From the NCBI GenBank assembly GCA_950097015.1, contig CATNEN010000029.1, positions 5,022,001 through 5,086,000 on the forward strand: a DNA stretch of 64,000 nt, written 5' to 3'. The position numbers and the translations under genes are program-made. The DNA comes from Macrostomum hystrix. Lineage: Eukaryota; Animalia; Platyhelminthes. The notes beneath the pieces are model-generated. The model was not told the DNA's origin and ran no database searches. It saw nothing but the letters and a program-made list of their open reading frames with translations. The number at the start of each line of letters is the position of its first letter. Position 1 is the first letter of the stretch. Of the stretch, positions 24,926 through 37,100 are shown one piece after another.

Positions 24926-25101
24926 GATTTTGAATAGGTCCAGTTGGCTTTTGAATAGGTCCAGTTGGCTTTTGAATAGGTCCAGTTGGCTTTTGAATAG
25001 GTCCAGTTGGCTTTTGAATAGGTCCAGTTGGCTTTTGAATAGGTCCAGTTGGCTTTTGAATAGGTCCAGTTGGCTTTTGAATAGGTCCAGTTGGCTTTTG
25101 A
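24926..25101. repeat. Minisatellite, 21-bp unit TTTTGAATAGGTCCAGTTGGC
   Basis: About 8 perfect copies, plus an isolated monomer near 26341. Confidence 0.95.
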
Positions 25102-27186
25102 ATTCGTCCAGTAGTCAAATATATTTAGAACTAAATGCAGTTGTCAACATACATAGCCGTAGATAATGGTTTATTATATTTTCTTATTTATATACTTGTA
25201 CTCTAAAGTACAAGTGAGTCGACAAAATGGGCTAGGAACCGAGCCGTTCCCCTGCATGTGAATTATTAGTTCAAAAGGCAACAGATGGCGCATTTCATAA
25301 CTTTTTAGCACTAATATTTTACATATTTGTCTCTCTCAGAAGACACTTCAAAAGAATAAGAAGCAGTGCGAGGACAGAGGTTAGCGCTAATTACCTGATT
25401 GCTATCTCGAAGAAAGTTGCTCTGGGCAATTAGATAGTTTAGTTAGCAAAAAGAAGGTCTGCTTTAGTCAAGCGAGTCAGCTGAATCACGTTCAATTGAT
25501 ACCCGCGATGCGAATGAAGCCGATATAGCAGAATGCCAACGGATTATATTCTTTGGAGAAAGGGAAAAAGAAGGATAAAGCCGACTTTGAGAGACTAGGA
25601 GAGAAATTTATCTGGCGCAGGGTACAGGAGTGAGCAGGCGAGATGTCGAATCGTCACGGCCTTGACGGCAGCCAATGACATCCTGGCGAAGGCTGAGAGA
25701 CGCGGAAGGCACGCAATGCAGGCAGGGACAGATCGTCGATATGATTGGCCTGCTAATATTGTAGTAGCGCGCATTTCATTTTAACAAGAAGACAGATTTG
25801 CGCAGGAAATAGAAATATTAATTTTCCAATTTTATTCTTCTAGGTAATCGTCTAGATTACAGTTTTTGCCTTTCTTCTTTGGAGCAATCTCAGCACAGTC
25901 TCGCCATCTTCAGCTCTGCCCTCATAGAAGCTCTGTTCATTTTTCTGAGCTGTGACGCGATTTATGAGGAGGAATATACCAGGTCCTAATCCCCTTCTCA
26001 GATCCCACCTCTGCGCCCTTTAGACAACTTCCTGAGGATTTAGCCAGCATCGGAGGGGATTAATTTAGTTGGCCAGATTGCGCAGGAAATTATTGCAAGC
26101 GGATTGCTGCAGATCCGGCGGGCAACACAGCGGATGAGAACTACGGATTGTTATTAATTTGAACGGTGTAAGAATTTGCCACGCGCCGTGTGTTGTCTGT
26201 TGACATTCGAATTCGAAATTCTGTTAGAATTCGCTAGAGTCAAACACATCATCAGAATCTATTGTACAGACATACAGAAGTTATAAAAAAGAAATAAAAA
26301 AAATTTTACTTCTTGCACTTTGTTTAACCGATTTTGTAAATTTGAATAGGTCCAGTTGGCTTTTGAGTCGGGAAAGACTTAGTGATACGTAAACGTTACA
26401 TATTAAAATTGACTTGGGGATGTAATTCATTTCCTTATTGAAAACCTATACGATGAAGTACAAAAGTAAATTTTACTAAAGTCTTATCTTTGTTTTAACC
26501 GCCGCAATTTATAAAATGTTTCGTGAAGTTCGACACCTAAAAAAAGAGACAATTTTTTTCAAGAAAATATACTTATTCCTTGTCTTTTTGTTTTGAAGTA
26601 GTATTCGAAGCAGTAATAATTGAAAATCAAAGTTTTATTCAGTCTTCGGATACAGTCTTCGGGAAACAACTATTTTTTGTAATTGTAATAAACATAAAAA
26701 GTGAAAAGTTTTTATAATTTATAAGCTAGATATCTATGAGGAATAGCTACATTACGAGATAAGTTAACATAACTGCTCAGTTAATATTAAATTGAAAGAT
26801 CGCTGATAAACTCTCATGCAGGCAATAACTAAGTGAGTGACATATAATTACATAAAAAGTTTAAATACCAAAGGAATAAATAATAAGCAACTATTGCGAT
26901 TAGTACATTTAAACACGACCACTTTAATAGGTTAAAGTAACAGCTAGTGAAGATTATTAAAGAGAAGTTTAACCCCACGACACTAGCTTACAATAAAATA
27001 GAGAACTTTTTTGTTAAAATTACGTTCAAAAGCCAATATATGTCCCATGTCTCACGCAATTGTAAAACATAAAGTGCATATATAATTTGTAGATGCGACA
27101 CCACGGTTCCTATGTGCGCGAATATTTCATAAATTTATTTTTTAAATGTGTCCTAAATTCTGAGCTATTCTAGTTCCTGCTTAGAT

Positions 27187-27470
27187 TGTAGCCTTGTGAG
27201 TTGTGATTTGAGCTTCGGACTCTCGACTTCATGGTCGGGGGTTCGATTCCCGACTCCACTGAAACAACCTGTGTCCTTCCGTCCAGTGATGCCACTCAGA
27301 CGCATCTCCGCCGGGATGGAGTACAGATGGCGAGCATCTCGTTCTGAGTGGCCTCCCCCCAGTCCATGGACTGAACAGGCGTACGCAGTCCATTCAGATG
27401 CGGCGCGCAATAGCTGCGGCTGTGCTGTCGGCTGCACAATCTGGCCCAATTGTGGCAGGTTTAATCAAAT
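27187..27470 (+). mobile_element. SINE family 1 copy with the CORE region replaced
   Basis: Head and 3' domain match family 1. About 80 nt of the body is replaced by ~70 nt bounded by the inverted repeat GCCACTCAGA/TCTGAGTGGC. Confidence 0.8.
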
Positions 27471-27559
27471 ATGATTTTTTTGTTTTTTATTAATTTTATA
27501 TATACTCGTATATAGTCTTCCATATAAATATATGTCGTGTTAATATAGAAACCTGACCT

Positions 27560-27720
27560 AGAGGTCAGGAGCTCGAATTTCAGCATTCGAATTAAAACCC
27601 ATCATTGATCCTTGAGCAAGACCGCATCCATTCCACTTGTGCTTCAGTTCACTCACCAGTATAATATAGGTACCAGCATTAGTTACCTCCCTAGTACAGC
27701 TGTGCGCATACAGACTATGG
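27560..27720 (+). mobile_element. Older, diverged relative of SINE family 1
   Basis: ggtcaggagctcgaatttcagc B-box region; tccttgagcaagacc...tgcttcagttcac...ggtaccagcattag CORE remnant. Confidence 0.6.
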
Positions 27721-28545
27721 AAGCAGAAATTATAATAGCTCCATGTGTCTTTTTTTTTAATTTGCAGATTCCCTACAAGATATATAAGATAATACAGCAT
27801 TAATAGCAATTAAAAGTACATTGCCGGAGACAGTTCTCTCAGTTCCACTAGAAGACGGAAGCCGGTAAGGCAAATTTACGGTTCACCGCTGCAGTATAAT
27901 GAAGAGCCAGTAGATATCTGTAGTGCCGGACCTGCACCATTTTTATATATGAAAGATTTCGCTTGAACCATTCAACATGGATTTTAAATTGCATCAAGTC
28001 TGGAAGAATCAGACTAAAACTTGGGGAATGTAAAACTTGGGGAGTTTGAAGTCTGTGGATATGAAATTTAAAACCGATTTTAGACCGAAAAGGGCATCGA
28101 GATTTCTCATTTATTACAAAAATGCATCAATTTTATGGAATTTTAATCCTACGAGCAACATGTACAACTAGGTGAACTAAAGCACCGGACGAGAAGCTTT
28201 AGAATATATTTTCATGGCCTAATTTCAGAGCTTACTAGTGATCTTTAACGAAAAATACATGGCTCTCTCATAGCTTCATTAATTGTCTTCTGCTTGTAGG
28301 CAAAAGATCACAAAAGTGCATTTGGGCTGCCCAAATTGGTTGCAAAAATACGAAGCCACTGTCTATGGCCTGTCTTCTATTTTCGTCCTAAAGAGCTTGA
28401 AAAATTATGCTTAAATAGCTAATACTGGTACCCATTTTGCTTATTTTGCCTAATGATTTGATGAGACCGTTCGTCAAAAAAAGTAAAAACTACACTTCGG
28501 TGTTCCGAACACGTCAAATTAAGCCAATAATAATAGAACAAAGGA

Positions 28546-31500
28546 ATGGCCGCCGCTTCGTCAGAATTTGAGATATACAATATGCCATACGATGCTCCAC
28601 ATGAGGTTAGTACTTAACTAATAGGTCGGTACTTCGTATTTCAGTACAATTAAGGAAAATGAATTTTGTTCTTAAATAAGACACTTTCATACGCAATGTT
28701 TCAGTTCGCTCAGAGATTTTTCGTAAAATAAGGTACCAGCATTAGTTAAAGTATAAATTAGAATAGGTGTGGCGCACCTATCGTCGGATTCCACGGATTT
28801 TCAGAATGCAAATATATGTAAGTCGATCATTTACACGTTCAATCCGACCTCTTTGACAGCTGATCGAGCTGTGGGTGACAGACATTATTCAAGGCCGACC
28901 TCATCTAGTGAGAATAAACGAGGAAAAGCCGCCGCTTGTCTTTGTCTACGAGGTGCTAATCTTTGTATTTAATGTGGTCCTGCTGTTGCTGATAACCATT
29001 CTAGCGATCATTGAGGCCAGGTAAGTTCCGCAGTCATGTTAGTCAAGAGAGCTGTGAGTCATGGATGATAGTCAGGAGAGCTGTGAGTCATGGATGATAG
29101 TCAGGAGAGCTGTGAGTCATGGATGATAGTCAGGAGAGCTGTGAGTCATGGATGATAGTCAAGAGAGCTGTGAGTCATGGATGATAGTCAAGGAGAGCTG
29201 TGAGTCATGGATGATAGTCAAGAGAGCTGTGAGTCATGGATGATAGTCAAGAGAGCTGTGAGTCATGGATGATAGTCAAGAGAGCTGTGAGTCATGGTAG
29301 TCAAGAGAGCTGTGAGTCATGATAGTCAAGAGAGCTGAGTCATGGATGATAGTCAAGAGAGCTGTGAGTCATGGATGGTAGTCAAGAGAGCTGTGAGTCA
29401 TGGATGATAGTCAAGAGAGCTGTGAGTCATGGTAGTCAAGAGAGCTGTGAGTCATGATATAGTCAAGAGAGCTGAGTCATGGATGATAGTCAAGAGAGCT
29501 GTGAGTCATGGATGGTAGTCAAGAGAGCTGTGAGTCATGGATGGTAGTCAAGAGAGCTGAGTCATGGATGATAGTCAAGAGAGCTGAGTCATGGATGATA
29601 GTCAAGAGAGCTGTGAGTCATGGATGATAGTCAAGAGAGCTGTGAGTCATGGATGGTAGTCAAGAGAGCTGTGAGTCATGATAGTCAAGAGAGCTGTGAG
29701 TCATGGATGATAGTCAAGAGAGCTGTGAGTCATGGATGATAGTCAAGAGAGCTGTGAGTCATGGATGATAGTCAAGAGAGCTGTGAGTCATGGATGATAG
29801 TCAAGAGAGCTGTGAGTCATGGATGATAGTCAGGAGAGCTGTGAGTCATGGATGATAGTCAAGAGAGCTGTGAGTCATGGATGATAGTCAGGAGAGCTGT
29901 GAGTCATGGATGATAGTCAAGAGAGCTGTGAGTCATGGATGATAGTCAGGAGAGCTGTGAGTCATGGATGGTAGTCAAGAGAGCTGTGAGTCATGGATGA
30001 TAGTCAAGAGAGCTGTGAGTCATGGATGATAGTCAAGAGAGCTGTGAGTCATGGATGATAGTCAAGAGAGCTGTGAGTCATGGATGATAGTCAAGAAAGC
30101 TGTGAGTCATGGATGATAGTCAGGAGAGCTGTGAGTCATGGATGATAGTCAAGAGAGCTGTGAGTCATGGATGATAGTCAGGAGAGCTGTGAGTCATGGA
30201 TGATAGTCAAGAGAGCTGTGAGTCATGGATGATAGTCAGGAGAGCTGTGAGTCATGGATGGTAGTCAAGAGAGCTGTGAGTCATGGATGATAGTCAAGAG
30301 AGCTGTGAGTCATGGATGATAGTCAGGAGAGCTGTGAGTCATGGATGATAGTCAAGAGAGCTGTGAGTCATGGATGATAGTCAGGAGAGCTGTGAGTCAT
30401 GGATGATAGTCAAGAGAGCTGTGAGTCATGGATGATAGTCAGGAGAGCTGTGAGTCATGGATGATAGTCAAGAGAGCTGTGAGTCATGGATGATAGTCAG
30501 GAGAGCTGTGAGTCATGGATGGTAGTCAAGAGAGCTGTGAGTCATGGATGATAGTCAGGAGAGCTGTGAGTCATGGATGGTAGTCAAGAGAGCTGTGAGT
30601 CATGGATGATAGTCAGGAGAGCTGTGAGTCATGGATGATAGTCAGGAGAGCTGTGAGTCATGGATGATAGTCAAGAGAGCTGTGAGTCATGGATGATAGT
30701 CAAGAGAGCTGTGAGTCATGGATGATAGTCAAGAGAGCTGTGAGTCATGGATGATAGTCAAGGAGAGCTGTGAGTCATGGATGATAGTCAAGAGAGCTGT
30801 GAGTCATGGATGATAGTCAAGAGAGCTGTGAGTCATGGATGATAGTCAAGAGAGCTGTGAGTCATGGATGATAGTCAGGAGAGCTGTGAGTCATGGATGA
30901 TAGTCAAGAGAGCTGTGAGTCATGGATGATAGTCAAGAGAGCTGTGAGTCATGGATGATAGTCAGAGAGCTGTGAGTCATGGATGGTAGTCAAGAGAGCT
31001 GTGAGTCATGGATGATAGTCAAGAGAGCTGTGAGTCATGGATGATAGTCAAGAGAGCTGTGAGTCATGGATGATAGTCAAGAGAGCTGTGAGTCATGGAT
31101 GATAGTCAAGAGAGCTGTGAGTCATGGATGATAGTCAGGAGAGCTGTGAGTCATGGATGATAGTCAAGAGAGCTGTGAGTCATGGATGATAGTCAGGAGA
31201 GCTGTGAGTCATGGATGATAGTCAAGAGAGCTGTGAGTCATGGATGATAGTCAGGAGAGCTGTGAGTCATGGATGATAGTCAAGAGAGCTGTGAGTCATG
31301 GATGATAGTCAAGGAGAGCTGTGAGTCATGGATGATAGTCAAGAGAGCTGTGAGTCATGGATGATAGTCAAGGAGAGCTGTGAGTCATGGATGATAGTCA
31401 AGAGAGCTGTGAGTCATGGATGATAGTCAAGGAGAGCTGTGAGTCATGGATGGTAGTCAAGAGAGCTGTGAGTCATGGATGATAGTCAAGAGAGCTGTGA

Positions 31501-33392
31501 GTCATGGATGATAGTCAAGAGAGCTGTGAGTCATGGATAGTCAAGAGAGCTGTGAGTCATGGATGATAGTCAAGAGAGCTGTGAGTCATGGATGAGTAGT
31601 CAAGAGAGCTGTGAGTCATGGATGGTAGTCAAGAGAGCTGTGAGTCATGGATGGATAGTCAATGAGAGCTGTGAGTCATGGATGATAGTCAGGAGAGCTG
31701 TGAGTCATGGATGATAGTCAAGAGAGCTGTGAGTCATGGATGGTAGTCAAGAGAGCTGTGAGTCATGGATGGTAGTCAAGAGAGCTGTGAGTCATGGATG
31801 ATAGTCAGGAGAGCTGTGAGTCATGGATGATAGTCAAGAGAGCTGTGAGTCATGGATGATAGTCAGGAGAGCTGTGAGTCATGGATGATAGTCAAGAGAG
31901 CTGTGAGTCATGGATGATAGTCAGGAGAGCTGTGAGTCATGGATGGTAGTCAAGAGAGCTGTGAGTCATGGATGATAGTCAAGAGAGCTGTGAGTCATGG
32001 ATGATAGTCAAGAGAGCTGTGAGTCATGGATGATAGTCAGGAGAGCTGTGAGTCATGGATGATAGTCAAGAGAGCTGTGAGTCATGGATGATAGTCAGGA
32101 GAGCTGTGAGTCATGGATGATAGTCAGGAGAGCTGTGAGTCATGGATGATAGTCAAGAGAGCTGTGAGTCATGGATGATAGTCAGGAGAGCTGTGAGTCA
32201 TGGATGATAGTCAGGAGAGCTGTGAGTCATGGATGATAGTCAAGAGAGCTGAGTCATGGATGATAGTCAAGAGAGCTGTGAGTCATGGTAGTCAAGAGAG
32301 CTGTGAGTCATGGTAGTCAAGAGAGCTGTGAGTCATGATAGTCAAGAGAGCTGAGTCATGGATGATAGTCAGGAGAGCTGTGAGTCATGGATGATAGTCA
32401 GGAGAGCTGTGAGTCATGGATGATAGTCAAGAGAGCTGTGAGTCATGGATGGTAGTCAAGAGAGCTGTGAGTCATGGATGATAGTCAAGAGAGCTGTGAG
32501 TCATGGATGATAGTCAAGAGAGCTGTGAGTCATGGATGATAGTCAAGAGAGCTGTGAGTCATGATAGTCAAGAGAGCTGAGTCATGGATGATAGTCAAGA
32601 GAGCTGTGAGTCATGGATGATAGTCAGGAGAGCTGTGAGTCATGGTAGTCAAGAGAGCTGTGAGTCATGGTAGTCAAGAGAGCTGTGAGTCATGATAGTC
32701 AAGAGAGCTGAGTCATGGATGATAGTCAGGAGAGCTGTGAGTCATGGATGATAGTCAAGAGAGCTGTGAGTCATGGATGGTAGTCAAGAGAGCTGTGAGT
32801 CATGGATGATAGTCAGGAGAGCTGTGAGTCATGGATGATAGTCAGGAGAGCTGTGAGTCATGGATGGTAGTCAAGAGAGCTGTGAGTCATGGATGGTAGT
32901 CAAGAGAGCTGTGAGTCATGGATGATAGTCAAGAGAGCTGTGAGTCATGGATGGTAGTCAAGAGAGCTGTGAGTCATGGATGATAGTCAAGAGAGCTGAG
33001 TCATGGATGATAGTCAGGAGAGCTGTGAGTCATGGATGGTAGTCAAGAGAGCTGTGAGTCATGGATGGTAGTCAAGAGAGCTGTGAGTCATGGATGATAG
33101 TCAAGAGAGCTGTGAGTCATGGATGGTAGTCAAGAGAGCTGTGAGTCATGGATGATAGTCAAGAGAGCTGAGTCATGGTAGTCACAAACGCGATCCCACA
33201 CGCAGATGCGGCATAGCTATGCAGAGCTTACAGCCATTGATCATCCAGGCCATCGACGCAGCCCAGTTAGTAGAGCCGACGCCGCTGCCACAGGCCAAAC
33301 GAATCTCTTACGGCATGGAGGCGCAGAGTAGCAAGAATTATAATTTGGCACTCACTGACGCATTGTTGAATCAGACTGCCAAAAATAGTTAA
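28546..33392 (+). CDS. Orphan single-pass membrane protein, 152 aa, 4 exons
   Basis: Exons 28546-28605, 28767-28817, 28860-29020 and 33206-33392. Donors gttagt, gtaagt, gtaagt; phases 0,0,2 all consistent; in-frame TAG upstream of the ATG. TM segment LVFVYEVLIFVFNVVLLLLITILAII. No family recognised. Confidence 0.72.
29040..33183. repeat. 4.1-kb minisatellite, 29-bp unit ATAGTCAAGAGAGCTGTGAGTCATGGATG
   Basis: About 140 copies filling ~99% of intron 29021-33205. Confidence 0.98.
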
Positions 33393-34107
33393 TAGCCAAT
33401 CTGGATATGTTTACTGTATAAATATTTAGAGGACCTTACTGACCGTACGAGTATGGTGTACGCTGAATTTGTAAGTTTAACTGCTATAAATGTTCAATTT
33501 TCTATCAATTTAGCCAAATATTCTAATGATCAAACCAATCCCATCTGAGCATGAGCAATTACAACGGAGTTTTATGTGCATATATATTACTAGCTTAATA
33601 AAGATAATAATAATATAATAATAATAATAACAATTGCAGGAGGGCTGCGGGCAATGACACAAGCCTTGTCTCCCCAAATATTAATTCGACCCCAGAGACG
33701 TTGGTGCCGAGAGGTCTAGTGTACGACAAGCATAGAAACAGAAATCTAGCAGTAATTATCTTCCCATTGCTTCCAACAGAAGCATTTCTCTTTGACAAAG
33801 AAGAGAAGATTGAGGCTGATGTACAAACTACGAGTATACATACTAGAGAGGTTGATGCCAGCTGTGCGCTGTCAAATGTTAAACTGACTGAACGAACAAC
33901 GGACAAATGTAATGCAATCCAGATCTGAGTTCAAATATAATAAATTCCTCCATTTTAGAGAATTCATTTGCACTTTGGCTTCTATGTAGATTCAAACAAA
34001 TAAGCTGTGAAATCGATTCTCTTCTCTAATTATACGCACATATATTGAGCTATCTAGCTGAGCAATTCATTCAGCATTCCAATGGAAAAGGATAGAATTT
34101 CGATGTT

Positions 34108-37100
34108 TTAATCTCTAGGGCTCAAGTTTAGCACGCCCAGGCCCGGGATGGATCGAACTCCGCGGTCAGGCCAATCGCCGCAGCCGACAAACGCGAAGGC
34201 GCCATCTCCGCTTTCTCGCCAGGCGGTTAGCGTCGCTGGCGCCAGCTTGTGAACGGCGGCACTGAGCAGTGAGGACTCGTCGCCTACATCGGCGATCACT
34301 AGCGAACTGAAGATGGGAGCAGCGAGTGATGGAGGATGAGCAGGATTCAGTTGAGTAGTCAGGGAATTTAGGGAACTAGGTTGAGCAGTTTGGGGATTTA
34401 GGGAGCTGGGTTGAGCAGTTTGGGGATTTAGGGAACTGGGTTGAGCAGTTTGGGGATTTAGGGAACTGGGTTCAGCAGTCTGGGGATTTAGGGAACTGGG
34501 TTGAGCAGTTTGGGGATTTACGGAACTGGGTTGAGCAGTCTGGAGATTTAGGGAACTCAATCTACCAGTTTGGGGATTTAGGGAACTGGGTTCAGCAGTT
34601 TGGGGATTTAGGGAACGGGTTCAGCAGTTTGGGGATTTAGGGAACTAGGTTGAGCAGTCTGGGGATTTAGGGAACTGGGCTGAGCAGTTTGGAGACTTAG
34701 GGAACTCGTTTGAACAGACTGGAGCATTTGGGAACGCAATTGAACAGTCATCCAGTTGCGGAATGGAAAGCCTTCCAGCATGGCAACTAGAAGCACACAC
34801 CTGCTAGTGAGCCCTCCGCAAAGACCGCTAAGCTGGTCGAAAAGCGCTCCAGATCCTTCCAGATCCCAGTCAGCTCGGCTAGCCGAAGCTCCATCAGCCG
34901 ACTCAGATTCCTCCGACGAAGCGAGCTGTAGCGCCAACAGACGGTCGCACAGGCGGAAGGAGGCCTGCAGGGCGGGCACGTCGGAACCGGCCTGGGCCAT
35001 GACCTGCAGCAGACCGATCTGGCGCAGAAAGGCTCGCCTTTCGCGGCCGGCTCCGCCACACACGGCCATCAGCGGGCAGGCCCGCGAGGCAAACGCGTGA
35101 CGGCCGGCTGGCCGACCAGCTCCCAAACGCCGGGCCAGAGGCGGCGGCAGGGGGTGACGACCGCAGCGGACTGCGAGGCGGTCGCCGAACTCCGGCCTAG
35201 TGTAGCCTCTCTGCACGCTGGCCAAAGCCAATGAGCAGAGAAAGTCGGCGTTGCTGACGGCGTCCACGCATTTGAACAGCTGCATGGCGTGAGCCGGCAG
35301 AGATTCGAACAGCAGCTCGAATATTCTCAGCGTCAGCTTGTAGACGGCTTCAACGCTAACTTCGATGTCGGCATTTAACGCAGCCAGCTGTCGGGTGGTG
35401 AAGCTGCAGCTGCGCCGACCGATGGTCAAACTTAGCAGCTCAGGCGCCAGTCGGTTAGCCGTCTCAATCAGTGTTGGCGCCCTCCGCTGCTGCTGCTGCT
35501 GGCTCTGTCGCCTGTGCGGTGTCCGAAGTCTGGTGTCGACAAAGTCGCTGCTGCACCAGCTGCTGCTGCTGTTGCCGTTGTTATTGTTGTTTCCAGAATT
35601 CGCTGCGCGATAATTGTGAGCAGTGTTATTGGCTGTACTTGGGGTGTTAACACCGGAGAGACTGAGCAGCAGCGAACTGACAGTGACGTCGTCGTCGTCG
35701 TTCAAGTCGCCGTCCTGAATTGGGGCCGCAAGGGAACTTCTATAGTTGGTAAATCAAATCTTACTCACCAATGCGAAATTTATTTCAATTCACTAATTGA
35801 GTCTGACTGTGAGAATTACATATTACTGAAGCAAAGTTACTGACAGATATCAGAGACACGGAATTACTGACGGATATCAGAGACACGGAATTACTGACAG
35901 ATATCAGAGACACGGAATTACTGACAGATATCAGAGACACGGAAATACTGACGGATATCAGAGACACGGAATTACTGACAGATATCAGAGACACGGAAAT
36001 ACTGACGGATATCAGAGACACGGAATTACTGACAGATATCAGAGACACGGAATTACTGACGGATATCAGAGACACGGAATTACTGACAGATATCAGAGAC
36101 ACGGAATTACTGACGGATATCAGAGACACGGAATTACTGACAGATATCAGAGACACGGAATTACTGACGGATATCAGAGACACGGAATTACTGACAGATA
36201 TCAGAGACACGGAATTACTGACGGATATCAGAGACACGGAATTACTGACAGATATCAGAGACACGGAATTACTGACGGATATTAACTAACATAGAATTAC
36301 ATACACATACCAGCTGACGCAGAATGACTGACAGATATTAACTGACAAATAATTACAACGGATATTTACTGACACAGAATTACTGACGGATATCAGATGA
36401 AACAGAATGACTGACGGATATTAACTGACACAGAATTACTGACGGAAATTAGCGGACACACAGAATTACTGACGGATATTAACTGACAAATAATTACAAC
36501 GGATATTTACTGACACAGAATTACTGACGGATATCAGATGAAACAGAATTACTGACGGATATTAGCTGACACACAGAAGTACTGACGGATATTAGCTGAC
36601 ACACAGAAGTACTGACGGATATTAGCTGACACACAGAATTACTGACGGATATTAGCTGACACACAGAATTACTGACGGATATTAGCTGACACGCAGAAGT
36701 ATTTTTTATCGCTACATTGACACAGAAAATTAACTATAATAGATTGAAAATTAATAAGAGACCTACAAAAAAAGAAAAACTCCAGCAACTCGTTTATTAG
36801 CTCAATTTATTACCAGGCAAGATGGACTTGATGTCTAAAAGCGATGAAGACTGGATTAAGGCGGTCCAGACTTTCTAATTATCTAAATGGAAAAGGACAA
36901 TTTAGTTTAAAAGCATGTCATAAATTTCTGAGATTAGAGACAAATAATGCACAGCATTTTAAATAGATGTCATTTGATAATTAACTAATCGCATAAAGCA
37001 GCAAAAATGCGATTTTAGAAGTGCAATTCTCCGGATTTACGTATTTATGCAAGACATAGACATCTTTGATATTCGGTTTCGTTATGTGTCGTTAAAAATG

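Noticed and set aside
34355-34730. TTTAGGG telomere-like motif
   Set aside because: It occurs once per 30-bp unit, not as tandem telomeric repeats, so this is not an interstitial telomere.
34608-34800. MSH4-like ORF read-through (CVLLVAMLEGFP..PSSLNPQTAQ repeats)
   Set aside because: Better explained as intron 34307-34800 (AG|gtgtgt donor). The spliced form restores the aligned SLVIAD Walker-B position.
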